Source: Okamejei kenojei (Eukaryota). From it: 64,000 nt of DNA. Under the pieces are notes generated by a model, which saw nothing but the letters and a program-made list of their open reading frames with translations, had not been told where the DNA came from and did no database searches. Below, piece after piece: positions 26,200-40,400 of the stretch (its first letter is position 1; every line of letters begins with the position of its first letter). A program made the translations under genes and the position numbers. The stretch spans positions 56,234,001 to 56,298,000 of the forward strand of contig CM069144.1 of NCBI GenBank assembly GCA_035221665.1. Reading direction: 5' to 3'.

Positions 26200-26629
26200 C
26201 AAGGCTGTCAATGAAAGTTAGTGTGAGTATTTCAGAGACAGATGCTTTGGAGAAGAAAAAAGGCAGCGATATCTTTGGACTGGATAAGGACCTCATAGTT
26301 CACCTGAGTGTCAAGCAGGGCTTGAACATATGGACAACCATGTTAACCTAAACACGTATCCATGCAGAGAGATGGAAATAGGAGTGGGTTCCAATTTAAT
26401 GGTGGAAGCATTGCTCTCACCCTCTCAGTGTTGATCTACAAAAGATTGTAGCTTGTTCATATTGATGTTGGATGGGCAACCTGACAGTATAACGATAATC
26501 ATAATTATAGAATCAGAAGATCAGCATCCGCCACATTTTCTGCTGAGCCCTGTTTCAAGTTGGCCTCAATCCAAATGATCAATGTCCTGTATTTTTATAA
26601 AAATCTTCAGTCTTGAGGAGGTTTCTAGT

Positions 26630-27580
26630 CAGACTAGTACTGTAAACCTCTGGAGATAAATGTATATTAATAAGATGCTTGTGTCATTGGATTCTATTGA
26701 CCACTGGAATCACTGGAGTCTATTCTTTTCAGCATACTGTACCAATAGAGATTCTTCAATGTGGTACCAACAGCACGCATTGAATAAACTCCAGCCTGGC
26801 CAATACTGTGCTTAATGCCTTCTATCTAACTGGTACATTTCTCAGAGGCTAGTAGGTACCATTGGGATACTTCAATCTGGTTATTACTGCACCTTTGGAG
26901 ACTATCCAATATGATTTGTAAAGTACTCAATGGAGAAGTTTCAGTCTGTAAATACATCATTGAATGCAAATCTGATCAATAAACCCCTCAATGGAGATAT
27001 TCCAGCTGTCCAACAGTAATTGGAAGTAGACCAACCTAACTGTTCCTGCACTCCATGGAGAAACTTTATCATGGCCAGTATTGTACACAACATAGTACTT
27101 CTAATCTGACTAATACATACTTAATGGAGATGGTACAGCCTGGATTTGAGTCATTCCAATTAGGCCAAGACAGTACTCAAGGATATATTCCAAACCAGAA
27201 AATACAATTCTTGATGGAAGTTCTCCAATCTTACTAACACAACACTCAGGGAAGGTGCTTCAAATCTGACAGGTAGCATACCCAGGTCTTGGTAGTACTA
27301 GACAACTGGAGATACTCCATTCTCTGAGTATTGCTCTTCATTCTGGGTTGTACTAAATCATTGGAGGTCATGCTTATTGGGTAGTTTTGGGTAGTAGTGG
27401 AGATAATTCTGAATGATGAATTCTGTACACCATGAAAACCCAGTAATCAATGGAGGTTCTCCAATCTGGCCAGTAATCTCGAACTGGAGAGACTTCAATC
27501 TGGCCGGTGTTGTACTCTGTGGCGGTACTCTAGTCAGTCAAATACTGCAGCCAGTGAACGTTGGGAAACTATTTGGTCTG
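26630..27580. repeat. Degenerate ~35-bp tandem repeat, consensus about CAATGGAGATACTCCAATCTGGCCAGTACTGTACT
   Basis: TGGAG-like anchors at 26896, 26931, 27056, 27125, 27362, 27398, 27451, 27485, 27520, with spacings of 34-36 or 69 between neighbouring units. Confidence 0.75.
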
Positions 27581-27911
27581 GCTTATTTGTTCATGGCTAA
27601 TTTTATCATCTGCGTATTGTGTACTTGGATGGAAATCAAAAGCAATTTGGGTTTTTGTTGTGTCTATAGTTGATTATATCAATTCAGAACACAAATATTC
27701 TCCATATGTGGTTTCTGAGGAGAGCACAGAGGCTTAGGAGCACTGGCTGCTGTGTCATAGTGAAGAAACCTGCTGTCTTCTACGTAGCAAGTTACCAACC
27801 TCCACTTTATCAATGAGAGGAGGTGCTGAACAGAGGCTAATGACTCACCAAAGGGAGGAAAAGAACCAGGAGCACCCAAACCATCCTTAAATGCATACAA
27901 CAACAGTCAGA

Positions 27912-28207
27912 GATTTAGTTGTTTAGTTTAGTTAGAGATACAGCGCATTAGTTTAGAGGCCCACCGAGTCCGCACCGACCAGCAATGTCTGTACACTGCA
28001 CTATCCTACACTCTAGATAATTTACAATCTTTATTCAAGCCAATTAACCGACAAACCTGCACGTCCTTGGGAGGAAACTAGAGATCCCGGGGGAAACCCA
28101 CGGGGAGAACATACAAACTCCTTGCAGACAGCACCTGTAGTCAGAATTGAACCCAGGTTTCTGGTGCTGTAAGGCAGTAACTCTACCGCTACACCACCGT
28201 TCCGCCC
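27912..28207 (-). mobile_element. V-SINE
   Basis: Full head, core and tail. Confidence 0.85.
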
Positions 28208-28639
28208 CAGATCTGGAGACGCTCAGTGTCTTATCCAAGGATGATGAAAATGGAGGAGAGCCAAGAATGCTAAAGAGCACAAAACAAAGCAACCTACCGA
28301 TAAAGACACAGTCCTGCAGAAAACTTAACAATTATAGGTGTCTGTTGTATATCCCTGATATGCAGGGAGCTTTGGCATTGCTATAAAAAATAAATTTGTT
28401 CCTGATTTCAGAAGATGACAGCCAAAGTACACAGTTGCCAGGAAAAGCTCTTTTCTGTTTCCTGTGTAATGTTCAGATTGCTTTAATTAGAAAAAGAGGT
28501 TTCCTTTCAAGATGAAATTAACCATTCGAATCATTATTTATAAATAATGTAATTAAAAAAATATTTTCCTATTCCCTGAGCACCAAGCAAAGTAATGCGG
28601 TACGAATTCCGCGTCTATTCCTTGTAGCAATCCGTCTGA

Positions 28640-28783
<144 letters not shown>

Positions 28784-31109
28784 TAAATTACACCTATGGT
28801 GAATCTGCTACTCTTGCAAAATGTTTCCCTATCAGTTGAAAATAAATTGCCCCCTTTAAAAATAGAGGACATTCAAATACATCTGATTTTTACACCATAT
28901 CTCACATCATGTTCATAAGTTATAAAGCCCATCAGGTTTATCGAAGCAAAATAAGGCACCTATTGGTGTTATCTCTGTTATGCTCAGTGTTTTGAATCCA
29001 TGCGAAAATGATGGATGGAAAAAGAACAGTCTCTGCAATGTGGACATATGACTGATATCTGAAGCTCTAAGATGAGACCTTTTTGAACACTAATAATCCT
29101 CCCCATCTTCTGCCCCAGAACTGCTATTTAACAGCCTAGAAGAGACACAAATCCAGAGAAAAAGTCTGGGAAGGGAAAAATATGTACCTAGACATCGCTC
29201 TCTGATCCCTTCAGCTGAGCGAAACCAGACCAGTAGACCACATGGGCCAGGTGTTATCTGTTAATCCATTTATCTTCCCAGCAGAATTGTAATACTGTAC
29301 AGTTTCACAGAGCAGACTAACCAGGAACACAAGTGCAAATGCAACAAACAAATTGAGGTATGTTTTCCACAGAACCCCCGGCATGAAACTGGCATTTGTA
29401 CATCAGCGATCAAAATAGAAACAGGCTGGTTTGCAATTCCTCCGATTTCAGTGGAAAGCTTTATTTTATAAAATCAGCTGTGGTGGCTTGTAACAGAAGA
29501 CCTGCCATCTTATATCTCAGTATTTGAAAAATTTAATCACCACAGTACATACACATCTATACGTTTTTGCTGCAACAAACCTCCACACCCACTCCCAGTC
29601 TTCGAAAGTAAAACAGGACTTAGCAGTACCCATATCCACGCACGTAATGTAATAGTGAAGATTGCTTATGAGAGGTCCAGCCAAGGATAATGACCGCAGA
29701 GATTTTTTTGTAACAGTAGAAAGACTCTAAAACAGTGTGTAATCCAAATTGTAGGCCGTGCAATCAGCACAAAGATTTTCAGTGATAAGATTGCAAAGCA
29801 ATTTGGGACATTCCACATGGCATGCCCTCAAGCCTCTGCTATTCCCAAGCATGTGCGGCTGTATAGAAGCAGACTGCAACATCCGTGGTTTATATATGAC
29901 TACAAGCATGACAGAGATTATAGGTTGTCTAATGCTTTAAGAGACTGAAGCAATTAGTACTATATTAAATAATTTTCACATTGAAAGACTGCCAAGTGTC
30001 ATTAAGTGACAGATGTATGTTTTCTGAAGTCATTGAGGGGAAGCAAGATGAAACATAAGGGTGATGAAGACTATCAGTGATTTGCCATAAACAGCAGGCA
30101 GGATAATTATTTTATGTCTGTATAACAGTATGGAGAAATACAATGAAGGCCCAAGGGATTCTAAATAACTACAGGGTATGAAAACTGATGCCTCTCCTAC
30201 CAGCTTGATAGACTAAACTGTGCACACTGGCACAGTATTAAACGCTTGCTTTGTTTATTGCAATCTTTCTTGGAAGATAACAGAGCTTCCTTTGGGACTG
30301 GCAATTGAACAGGCTAATCGTGGAAGAAGAAAAGATGTAATCACTGGACATAATTTTGCATGAAAAATCTTGGCCTTATTTGTCATTTTTTAGAAGCTAC
30401 AACACATGGGATAGAGTAAGCTAAGAACTTAATACGAGTGTCTTGTTGCCAAAGGCATTGAACTATAGAGGGTCTACGTATGCAAACGTGTAAAAGAGAA
30501 GGAAAAAAGTAGAAGTGGGCCAAGCGTCCTGATGTGCATTACTTCCACGCTGCAGAAAATGCAGCAAGTTACCTATCAGAAGAGGCTGCAGCCAAGTGCG
30601 CCATTGCTCTCCTGGTCCCTGGAACGGAGGCTTCAGTCACAGAGAGGCACATGGGACACGGTACAATATACAGGCCACTTGGGCCAACTGGCCTATGTGT
30701 GAGTGGATGACTCACTGAAACCCTTCTATCATAATTTCATTTGAGATGAACATGCCCCAAAACATCTGTCAATTCCTCCTTTTTACACAACATCTTCTGC
30801 TTGGCATTGCAGCTGCACTGGGTCTGTTGCTGCCCCATCATCACCCACAACTCCCCTTCACCCATGTGTAGAAGTCTTTAAGAACATTGACATTCGGAAG
30901 TGCTTAAAAACGATTGAAAATTATGTAACTAAACATAATTACATTAATTATTTTTCTTAAAATATTTAAATATCTGGTAATTTTCCATTCCCTTTGCCTC
31001 CTTTACTTCAGAATTCAGACCTTAGAGATATAGTACGGAAACAGGCCCTTCGGCCCACGACTCCGCATCGACCAGCCATCACCACGTACACTTGCACTAT
31101 CCTACACAC

Positions 31110-32100
31110 TTATTATTATTAAACTATATTTTAGTCAAGGTCCAGACTTTTAAGAGATGACATTACATAAAATACATTGCATATAAAAACACCATAAAAT
31201 ACATAAAAAAGCTTAGTATATTACATAAAAACATCCTAAATTATATATTTAAAAAAACACATGATTTAAAATCCAGAATAAAAAGAAAGATCAATGTCCT
31301 ACAATGAGACAGCGATACCAGTGTCTCCACAACTGGGATTTGTAGCGTGTAGTGCTAAATCTTATGTTTGACAAGGCCACGATAATTAATTTTTTAGAGT
31401 CATTTATCCTGCAAATGAATTTATACATATGATTTCTTAGGCTAGCTTCAAACGTGTTACTAGCACTACACCATCATGGTTTCCTTAGCAGTGTTCTCAT
31501 GGCATCATTATAGACCATCTTTAGTCTCTGCAAACTTGTCTTTCCGTAGTTTCACCACAGGTGCGCAGTATAGAGTGGTGTGCAATATGCTCTAAACAGA
31601 GACGTCTTCACCACATCTGTACACGCACCAAACTTACGCAAGAAAATATTTGCCTGTACATATAGCATACGTCGTTGCCTATAAATATCCTCATCATCTG
31701 TCATTTGTTCTGTAATAAAATGCCCAAGATAGTTTACCTTATTACAGACATTAAGATTATTTTCAGACAATTTAAAATCAGAAAATGTTAGACATTTATC
31801 CTCTTTGTTTCTCTTACAAGCACTATATTTAATATCATGTTCAACACCTTACACAGAGCTTATAGTAAGGAGCTGCTGGAGACCAGCGCTAGATGCACTA
31901 AAGACCACAAGATCATCTGCATACATAATATGGTTCACTAAAATATTACCAATCACGCACCCAGTGTTACAGGCTCTCAATTGCTTGAACAGATCATCAA
32001 TATAAAGATTAAAAAGGACTGGGGACAAAATTCCCCCTTGTCTAACACCATTGCTAACCCCAAATGGGGCTGACACCCTATTGCCCCATTTTATTGCATA
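31110..32100 (-). mobile_element. 5'-truncated RTE-X-like LINE (RT C-terminal half) inserted into a V-SINE (31021-31110 and 32140-32329)
   Basis: NGVRQGGILSPVLFNLYIDDL...HIMYADDLVVF and YLGHFI...LFRAYCTPLYTAHLW; AT-rich 3' UTR and (TAA)n tail. Confidence 0.85.
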
Positions 32101-32374
32101 GTCTGGTGGGCATATCAGTAAGCCAGAATTCTCACAATTGACCATTATACCGAAGCCAATTAACCTACAAAACAGTATGTCTACGGAGTGTGGGAGGATC
32201 CTGGAGAAAATCCACACGATCACAGTGAGAGCATACAAACTCCGCACAGACAGCACCCTTAGCCAGGATTGAACCCTGGTCTCTGGCACTGTAGGGCAGC
32301 AGCTCTACCACTGGGCCAGGGTGCCGCCCCATCCTATTCAACGTGGTTACAGTCTGTATTGAAATCAATGGGAT

Positions 32375-32925
32375 AGAGTCATAGTTTAATACAGTGTGGA
32401 AACAGGCTTTTCGGCCCAACTTGCCCACACTGGCCAACAATGTCCCAGCTACCAAAGTCCCACTTGCCTGCGCTTGGTCCATAACCCTCCAAACCTGTCC
32501 TATCCATGTACCTGTCCAACTGCTTCTTAAACGATGGGATAGTCCCAGCCTCGATTACCTCCTCTGGCAGCTTGTAAACCTCCATATACCCACCACTCTC
32601 TGTGTAAAGAAGTTACACTCAGATTCCTATTAAATCTTTTCCCCTTCACCTTGAACATATGTCCTCTGGTCTTCGATTCCCCTACTCTGGGTAAAAAACT
32701 CTGCATCTATTCCTCTCATGATTTTGTATACCTCTGTAAGATCTCCCCTCATCCTCCTACACTCCATAGAATAGAGACCCAGCCTACTCAACCTCTCCCT
32801 ATAGCTCACAGCCTCTAGTCCTGGCAACATCCTCATAAATCTTTTCGGAACCCTTTCAGAATATAAGCTTGATAATATATTTCTTATAACACGGTGCCCA
32901 GAACTAAACACAATATTCTAAATGC
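32375..32925 (-). mobile_element. CR1-type LINE 3' fragment (V-SINE partner-type tail)
   Basis: ORFs ERVPKRFMRMLPGLEAVSYRERLSRLGLYSMECRRMRGDLTEVYKIMRG and LPEEVIEAGTIPSFKKQLDRYM. Confidence 0.9.
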
Positions 32926-33637
32926 TCGTGGACCTCACATCAGGTCGGAGTTCCACGCAGACTAACAGTGGAGCAACCAAAAAGGTTTGGCCTTTGAATC
33001 GATCAATAACATTTGCATAGCTCAGCACATGGATGGAAGTCCTAGACGTATGGTATTCGCATGGCAAAACTTTGATGGTTCCACTTGGAATCACTGGTAT
33101 GAACTCAGCACAGACCAGGTTACTTTGTCATCCTCCACAGTCTTGTTGCTCTTCTTGAACTCCCAGTGAAAATGGGAGGAATAATGTAGATCCTTCCTGT
33201 TCAGTGTTCACAAGGTGTATTAGTTGGAAACTGCTCACGTCCTCTGCCAAACTACCCTGTCCAGAAGTGTAAGGAATGGTGGTAAAAATGAACATCTTTG
33301 CCACAATTAGCATTGAACTTGTCAGAGCTGTAAATTATGAAAATGGTAAGGGTGCATTTAAGCTAAGACTACAGTTACAATTGTTGAGTTGGTGATTCAC
33401 TTGATAAATGTAGGGAACCAAGGAGACAAATTTTACCAAGCATTAAAAAGTATTCCCTTTGACATAATTTAAGCACATTTAACTCAATTGAGAGATTTGA
33501 TTCCAGATATTAAAATAGAACAACTTCTCAAAAGGTATACAGATGGGTCACTAAGAAAGATAACTTGCAAAGTTTTTAGGAGTCAAAATAGAAAAATTTC
33601 AAAGGCTTTTAAAAGCAAAAACTCTAACGTTCCCTAA

Positions 33638-34190
<553 letters not shown>

Positions 34191-34617
34191 TCCTGTTGTG
34201 TGATATAAAATCTGAGCTATTATTAAAATGTAACATTAACATTTATATTGGTGTCTTTTGAATTTATGGATTTAATACTTTAAAATCAATATTCAAAAAA
34301 AAAAAAAATGAGCGACACACTGGCACAGCGGTAGAGTTGCTGCCTTACAGCAGGTTTGGGATGGAAGCTCCAGGAGGATTTTACAGGATGGAATGAGAAT
34401 TAATAAAAATGTAGGAACTAATGACTTTTCCCATGGAGCGTCTTTCTTCATCTTCACCTCCCAATAGTTTCTGAAGGTGCATTGCCCGGCAGATAAAGGA
34501 CTCTCAACTAAAATTCATTCAGCATCAACCGGGACTTGAATAAATTGAGCTTCTTCCTCTCTGCACAAGAGCCTCACTCGTAAAATGGAAGTGAGAAATG
34601 TCCTGGTTTAAACCCCA

Positions 34618-34847
34618 CACACCAACACTATCCTACACACACTAGGGACAATTTACAATTTTTCTAAGCCAATTAACCTACAGACCTGCGCGTCTTTGGA
34701 GTGGGAGGAAACCAGAGCACCCGGCAAAAACCCACGCAGGTCACGGGGAGAACATACAAACTCCGTACAGACAGCACCCATAGCCAGGGTCGAACCCGGG
34801 TCTCTGGCGCAGTAAGGCAGAAAACTCGACCGCTGCATCACCGTGCT
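34618..34847 (-). mobile_element. V-SINE lacking the tail
   Basis: Head with B-box ggttcgaccc and V core. Confidence 0.85.
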
Positions 34848-35867
34848 CAAATAATGATAAATAAGGGAAATGCTTGACAGTGAAGCAATACTTAGGATGA
34901 TAGCCCAACTACCCGGGAAAAGAACAGTAAATTAGGACTCTGGCAAGCCTGCTGCTAATACTGAAGAAATCCTAGAAGAGTTGTTTTTACCATATCAAGA
35001 ATTTGTGAAATATTAGATTCTTGCAGCAGACAAGAACGGTCTCATCCAAAAATGTAATTAGTGGCTAGAAGCTATCACAATGTTTTTTTTTTGTTCCAGT
35101 GCATTCTCTTTAGCTTAGTTTGTAGGCATAACATAATTTGTTGGGGTTTAATGGCACTGTTGAACCACTGTACGCTTGTAAACAGAAAACCAGATTCCCC
35201 TTTCAACGGAGGTTTTGAGTCACAGTTTTAATTTGTTAATTAGTAATCATCCCATAGGTACACCATCCTGAGAGAACAGAGCACCATTGGCATGCAAGCA
35301 CTTTACTTGTAAAATAACACTGAGGTGTTACTCCATTTCCTGTTCATTAGTTTAATCTTCTTCCCAAACATAATGAAGAAACTAATTTGGGGTGATTATG
35401 TTTAAGAATGAATGTACCAGCTCCTACTTTCTCATTTCAGGACACTCATTTCAACATCACCCGCACATGTGCCTGGTTTTTATGTGTAAACCGCACGTAA
35501 AAATGTTTTACGCCTGTTTGGTACTGTTTTTGCTCATTTCTTGTTGAAATAATGCCCTTTGAAGAATTGTATCATGCGTTTCCTATCACGATTCACTCTG
35601 ACGCAGGTTTCATTTGTCCGTTGGAAGTTTCACACATGATATCATAATTTACACACGTCTTGTTTTATTAACATTTCAAAGAAATGGTGGCAACTTATGA
35701 CCTTTCTTGCAATAAATCTCCTCTCCCCCAGAATTTCATTGTGATAGTATGATTTGAGGGTATGATTTTAACATTATCCATGAAGCTCACGTCAGGTTTT
35801 AATACTGTTAAAGACAACAGTGCCAGAATATCAATCTTTAACAGCAGGATCTCTCAATTTCACAATT

Positions 35868-36031
35868 TTTAGTTTAGTTTAGTTTGGAGATACAGTGTGG
35901 AAACAGGCCCTTCGGCCCACCAAGTCCGCGCCAACCAGCAATCCCTGCACATTAACACTATCCTACACACTCTAGGGACAATTTACAACTATCGCAGGCC
36001 AATTAACCTGCAAACCTGTATGTCTTTGGAG
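35868..36031 (-). mobile_element. V-SINE 3' half
   Basis: (tttag)n tail and ggaaacaggcccttcggccc. Confidence 0.8.
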
Positions 36032-36752
36032 TCTTATCAACTTAATATCCAAAAATCTACCCATCGCAATCTTGAATATATTCAGTCTTTGAGCTGTGCT
36101 GACTTCGAACAGTCCAAAAATTAACAACCATAAAGAATTTCTCCTCATCTCCATCCAAAGTAGGCGACCCTTTATCCTGTGACGATGTCCTTATTTTGGC
36201 TTTATTACCTTGCTTAAGTAGTGTTTTAAATAATAGGTACCTTATCACAATTAGCTTTAAGATTTTCATATGATCAAACTATTTGATTTGATCATTTCAG
36301 TGGGATGGTAACTCTACTAACCTTTACTTTTTGACAGAAATTTAGTAACTTTGTTTGTTCAAGTATTTTCATGATAATGTCACCAGAGAGTTAAATCTCT
36401 AAGGACTCCATTAACTCTAAGCTCCTCAACCACGATGGACATAGATATCTTGCGTCACTGGTACACTCTATTGTTGTGTGTGCTACTTACAAAACACACT
36501 ACACCTACTCACCCAGACTACTTCAACAGCACCGCCCAAATCCATGACTCCCAAGGAAGGCAAGGATGCCAGGCACGTAGGACCACCACATCCGGTAATG
36601 CGCCATCCTGATATGGAAATCTATTGCTGGCCGTTCATTGTTGCCAGATCCAAATTATAGAATGCTCTACTCAACAGCATCAACCTTGAAGAAGCGAACT
36701 GGTTCAAGAAAGTGGCTCTCCACCACTTCTCACAGACAAGTAGAGATAGGGA

Positions 36753-37067
36753 GTAGTTTTAGTTTAGTTTAGAGTTACAGCATGAAAACAGGCCCTTCAG
36801 CCCCAAGAGTCACGCCGATTGTGATCCCTGCACACTTGCACGACCCTACACACTAGGGACCATTCACAATCTTTATTTACCAAAGCTAATTAACCTACAA
36901 ATCTATACATCTTTGGCATATGGGGGGAAACTGGGGCACCTGGGACTAACCCACACGGTCACGGGGAGAACATACAAACTTTGTACAGACAGCACCCGTA
37001 GTTAGGATCAAACCTGGGTCTCTGGCGCTGTAAGGCAGCAACTCTACCTCTGCGCCACCATGCTGCC
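36753..37067 (-). mobile_element. V-SINE
   Basis: Full head, core and tail. Confidence 0.85.
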
Positions 37068-37309
37068 CGTAATGATAGTTTTGAAAACAATGCCTGTGTC
37101 CCATAAATAAAAAAGAGCGATTGCCAAGGAATCAAACTGTTGTAGCTCCTAATCTCAATTAAGGATGGGCATAAAATCTGACTGTGCCCCATGAAGTCAT
37201 AGAAAGAATGTTGACTGTAAATGTCTGACATCCCACAACTTGTCTACCCCCTTTGATAAGGCACCACCCAGAAGTTATCATTCTCACTGTTACCAATTTT
37301 CTTTTGCAG

Positions 37310-37454
37310 GGACTGCAACATCTTCACCTCATTCGGAAATAGACAGTAGCAGCGCCATTCTGGATGATAAGGAGGATTCCTATTTTACAGAAATACGGAA
37401 TTTCATCGGAAACAGCAACCACACTGAATGTTCCCCTGGGCACTTAGAGGAGAG
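37310..37454 (+). CDS. MECOM: MECOM exon (G)[47 protein letters not shown](R)
   Basis: cttttgcag|gg; donor gagag|gtgagt; 145 nt, phase 1 to 2. Confidence 0.95.
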
Positions 37455-40400
37455 GTGAGTACTGCGTCTTGCATGTTCTGCTTTTGTTTCAGGAAACAAG
37501 CGTTTCTTTATAATACCACTGAAAGGCTTTATTGATTTTGTTGTATGATTTTTGCCATCACTTCCAGTCAATCAAAAATGCTGAAGCGATAAGATGAATT
37601 AATTGTTATCCTTAGCACAAGGAAGGATGAGAGGAAATTTGACAGAGGAGTATAAGTTCACAATATTTAGATGGAAAGGCCAAGCTTTTCCAATATTCAA
37701 GATGCAAACAGATAGAAGGCGGATGTAAGGAAAACCTGTTTCACTCCAAGAACTGAATTTGGAATTCATTGTACATAGGAGTGCACAATCAGTACGCTTC
37801 AGAAGGGAATTGAATAGCTTGAGAGCTAGGAATAGGGACCTGGTGGGGTTACTCTATTAGGAGCGGGTATACATACAATGGGCTAGTTGGCTTCCTTCTG
37901 TATAACAATTTTATGATTCTGAGGACTGTCTGACTGACACCCCCCCTTCCCAATAGTTGCACATCCCCAATCCTGGACTTTCCACTCGTCACTTTAATTT
38001 CATGTTTCATGTATCTTGTGTTTGTGGCTATCGGCAGACCAATTTCCCCACTGGAATAAATAAAGTTCTATCGTATCATATCGCACTACTGCAAGGTGTC
38101 AGATGTTTCGGGGATTTTTTATATTAGCTCAGCAATGGCACACTATGGACCACCCCTTGCACTACCATGGCCATTTTTCTAATTGTGTCTTGCACTAATA
38201 TCTTACATTTACATAATATATTTCCTTTTCACTGTCTTGTATAATCTATGTTTTTGTGCACACAAATTGAGTGAGTCTTTGCTGTGATGTTGCTGCAAGC
38301 AAGATTTTCATTTTATCTCTACCTCACTATACTTCAGCACATGACAAGAAACTCTGCTTGGCCAGACTTGACTTGAAATAAGATCTATGAATGTGATTAT
38401 CTTCAGAAAATAAATACATTGTGCATTTCAAGGTGCAGTAGTTGTAATGGCCAGAATTTTACCCAGTAAGGTTTGACTTTGGATTTCTCATTGCCCCACA
38501 CTTAACAAAATTGCTGGCCAAAAGTATCCTTCACCCGATATGCGAGACCATGTTGGCATCAAACCCCCCCCCCGCCACAGTAAAAACAAGGAACTGCAGA
38601 TGCTGGTTTACGAAAAGGAATCAAAATTCTGGAGTAACTCATCGGGTCAAGTGTCAAGAATGTTTTATTGTCATGTCTCCCAGATAGAACAATGAAATTC
38701 TTACTTGCTGCAGCACAACAGACTCTGAAGAATGCTGCCTGACGTGCTGAGTTACTCCAGTACTTTGTACCCACTCCCACAGTAAGGAGCCCTTGTCAGT
38801 GAGACAGAACAAACTCACCCGTAAAACCGCTGAGAATATCTTTTTACTGACAACGGTCTAAGACCGAGCTTTGAAGCAAGTCAATCCTGTCAAAGTTTGA
38901 TAGACACAAAACGCTGGAGTAACTAAGCGGGACAGGCAGCTTCTCTGGAGGGAAATGGGTGACGTTTCGGGTCGAGACCCTTCTTTCTTTTGTCAGAGTT
39001 TTGTACTGCTTCTGAATGTGCCTGACCTTTTCAATGTGCAAAATATTTCTGAAAGCTAAGTAAATAACTGTGTGTTAAAAAGTGAACTTTTTTATAGAAT
39101 GATAAAATTAAAAGACTTTTGAAAAGAATAAGAATGCTTCAAACACAGGTAATGAGAAAGAGATTAATTTACATTTCCTTCTTCTATCTCCGTTGAAATC
39201 GCTGGTGCAGGGTCAGTGAGATGATTCTCCAGTAAAAATGCTGGGAATCTTTGGTTGGTCTGTGCTCTGTCTTTGGCCTCCATGCAGAGCCAAGCAGCAG
39301 ATAATACTGACAGATTCACCAAATAGAACCTATCCACAAGCTCATGACTTTCCCAAAATCACTGAAATCCCAGTCATACAGTAAATGCTAGCAGTCGCTG
39401 CAGAACTGCCAGCGTTTGCCAACGTGGTCAGGCCCAGTGTATCTGGAATGGTTCAGACTTTGGACTGAAACTTGTGCATCTGACAAAGTGCGAGGACCTG
39501 CAAGCAATACCTAAAAGCAAAACAGTCAGTCTTTGTGCTGAGTGAAGAAAATATATTCTGGTGCTCACAAAGATCAGAGGGCAAGAAGGAAAAATTGGGC
39601 AATGGTAACATGCAAACTTCTGGAGAGCAAATAATACCTATATTTGAATGAAATTTGCACTGCATTCTCTGTAGGTCACCTTGGCTACACTACAAAGTTC
39701 ATCCAGCTAAAATATTTAGTCCTCTCCTATGGGGATAACTTCAGTCCTTAGTCACTCAACACACAATTAGCTTGCGGCAATCAAACAGTAATTTTAATAA
39801 AAATGTGGCCTGGCCTCCTGTTTTGCAGATGTGACGTGCAGTTGGGCTATTGAGTTACAGAATTGAGAACAGCACTGAAAAGGATACTCCCTTTTTAATC
39901 ATCTACACCTGTAACTCATTAAGAAAACTGAAATCAAAAGAATAATTTTGGCACCATTGTAACAACAAAATCTTTGTTATTTTAATTTATTGGCTTCCAC
40001 GATGTAACTCATAATGGTATATACAGTATCCATAGACATTCGCCTGCGATACGTACTTAAAAATCATTAAGGAGGTACATTCAGCTTTTTATTCTTTCAT
40101 TTTTGAAAACTACATTTCCCATGCATCCATATGTATTCCATATCTTCCCAGAGAGTACATAAGCTTACAATCTTTACTGGATAAAATGTAAATGGTAAAT
40201 ATGTTGACTTTGACTATCAATTTTGCACCAAAGTTACAAACGCTAAATATTAACAAAATATCAAACAAGGTTTGATTGATAAGTTTGCGTGCTTACTAAT
40301 GTATGAAGCTTGGCCAGTGGCATTGATGATTACAGAAATTGATCTTGTTGTAGATAACAAGGAAGGTTGTGGAGTAGATTGCATGGATGAGGTAGGCTGA

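Noticed and set aside
26630-27580. CRISPR-like array (35-bp period, palindromic unit)
   Set aside because: Vertebrate intron; units are degenerate along their whole length, with no identical repeats separated by unique spacers and no cas genes.
31849-32289. 146-aa ORF as a new SINE-RT fusion gene
   Set aside because: Chance read-through from a V-SINE into a 5'-truncated LINE; the downstream RT is broken.
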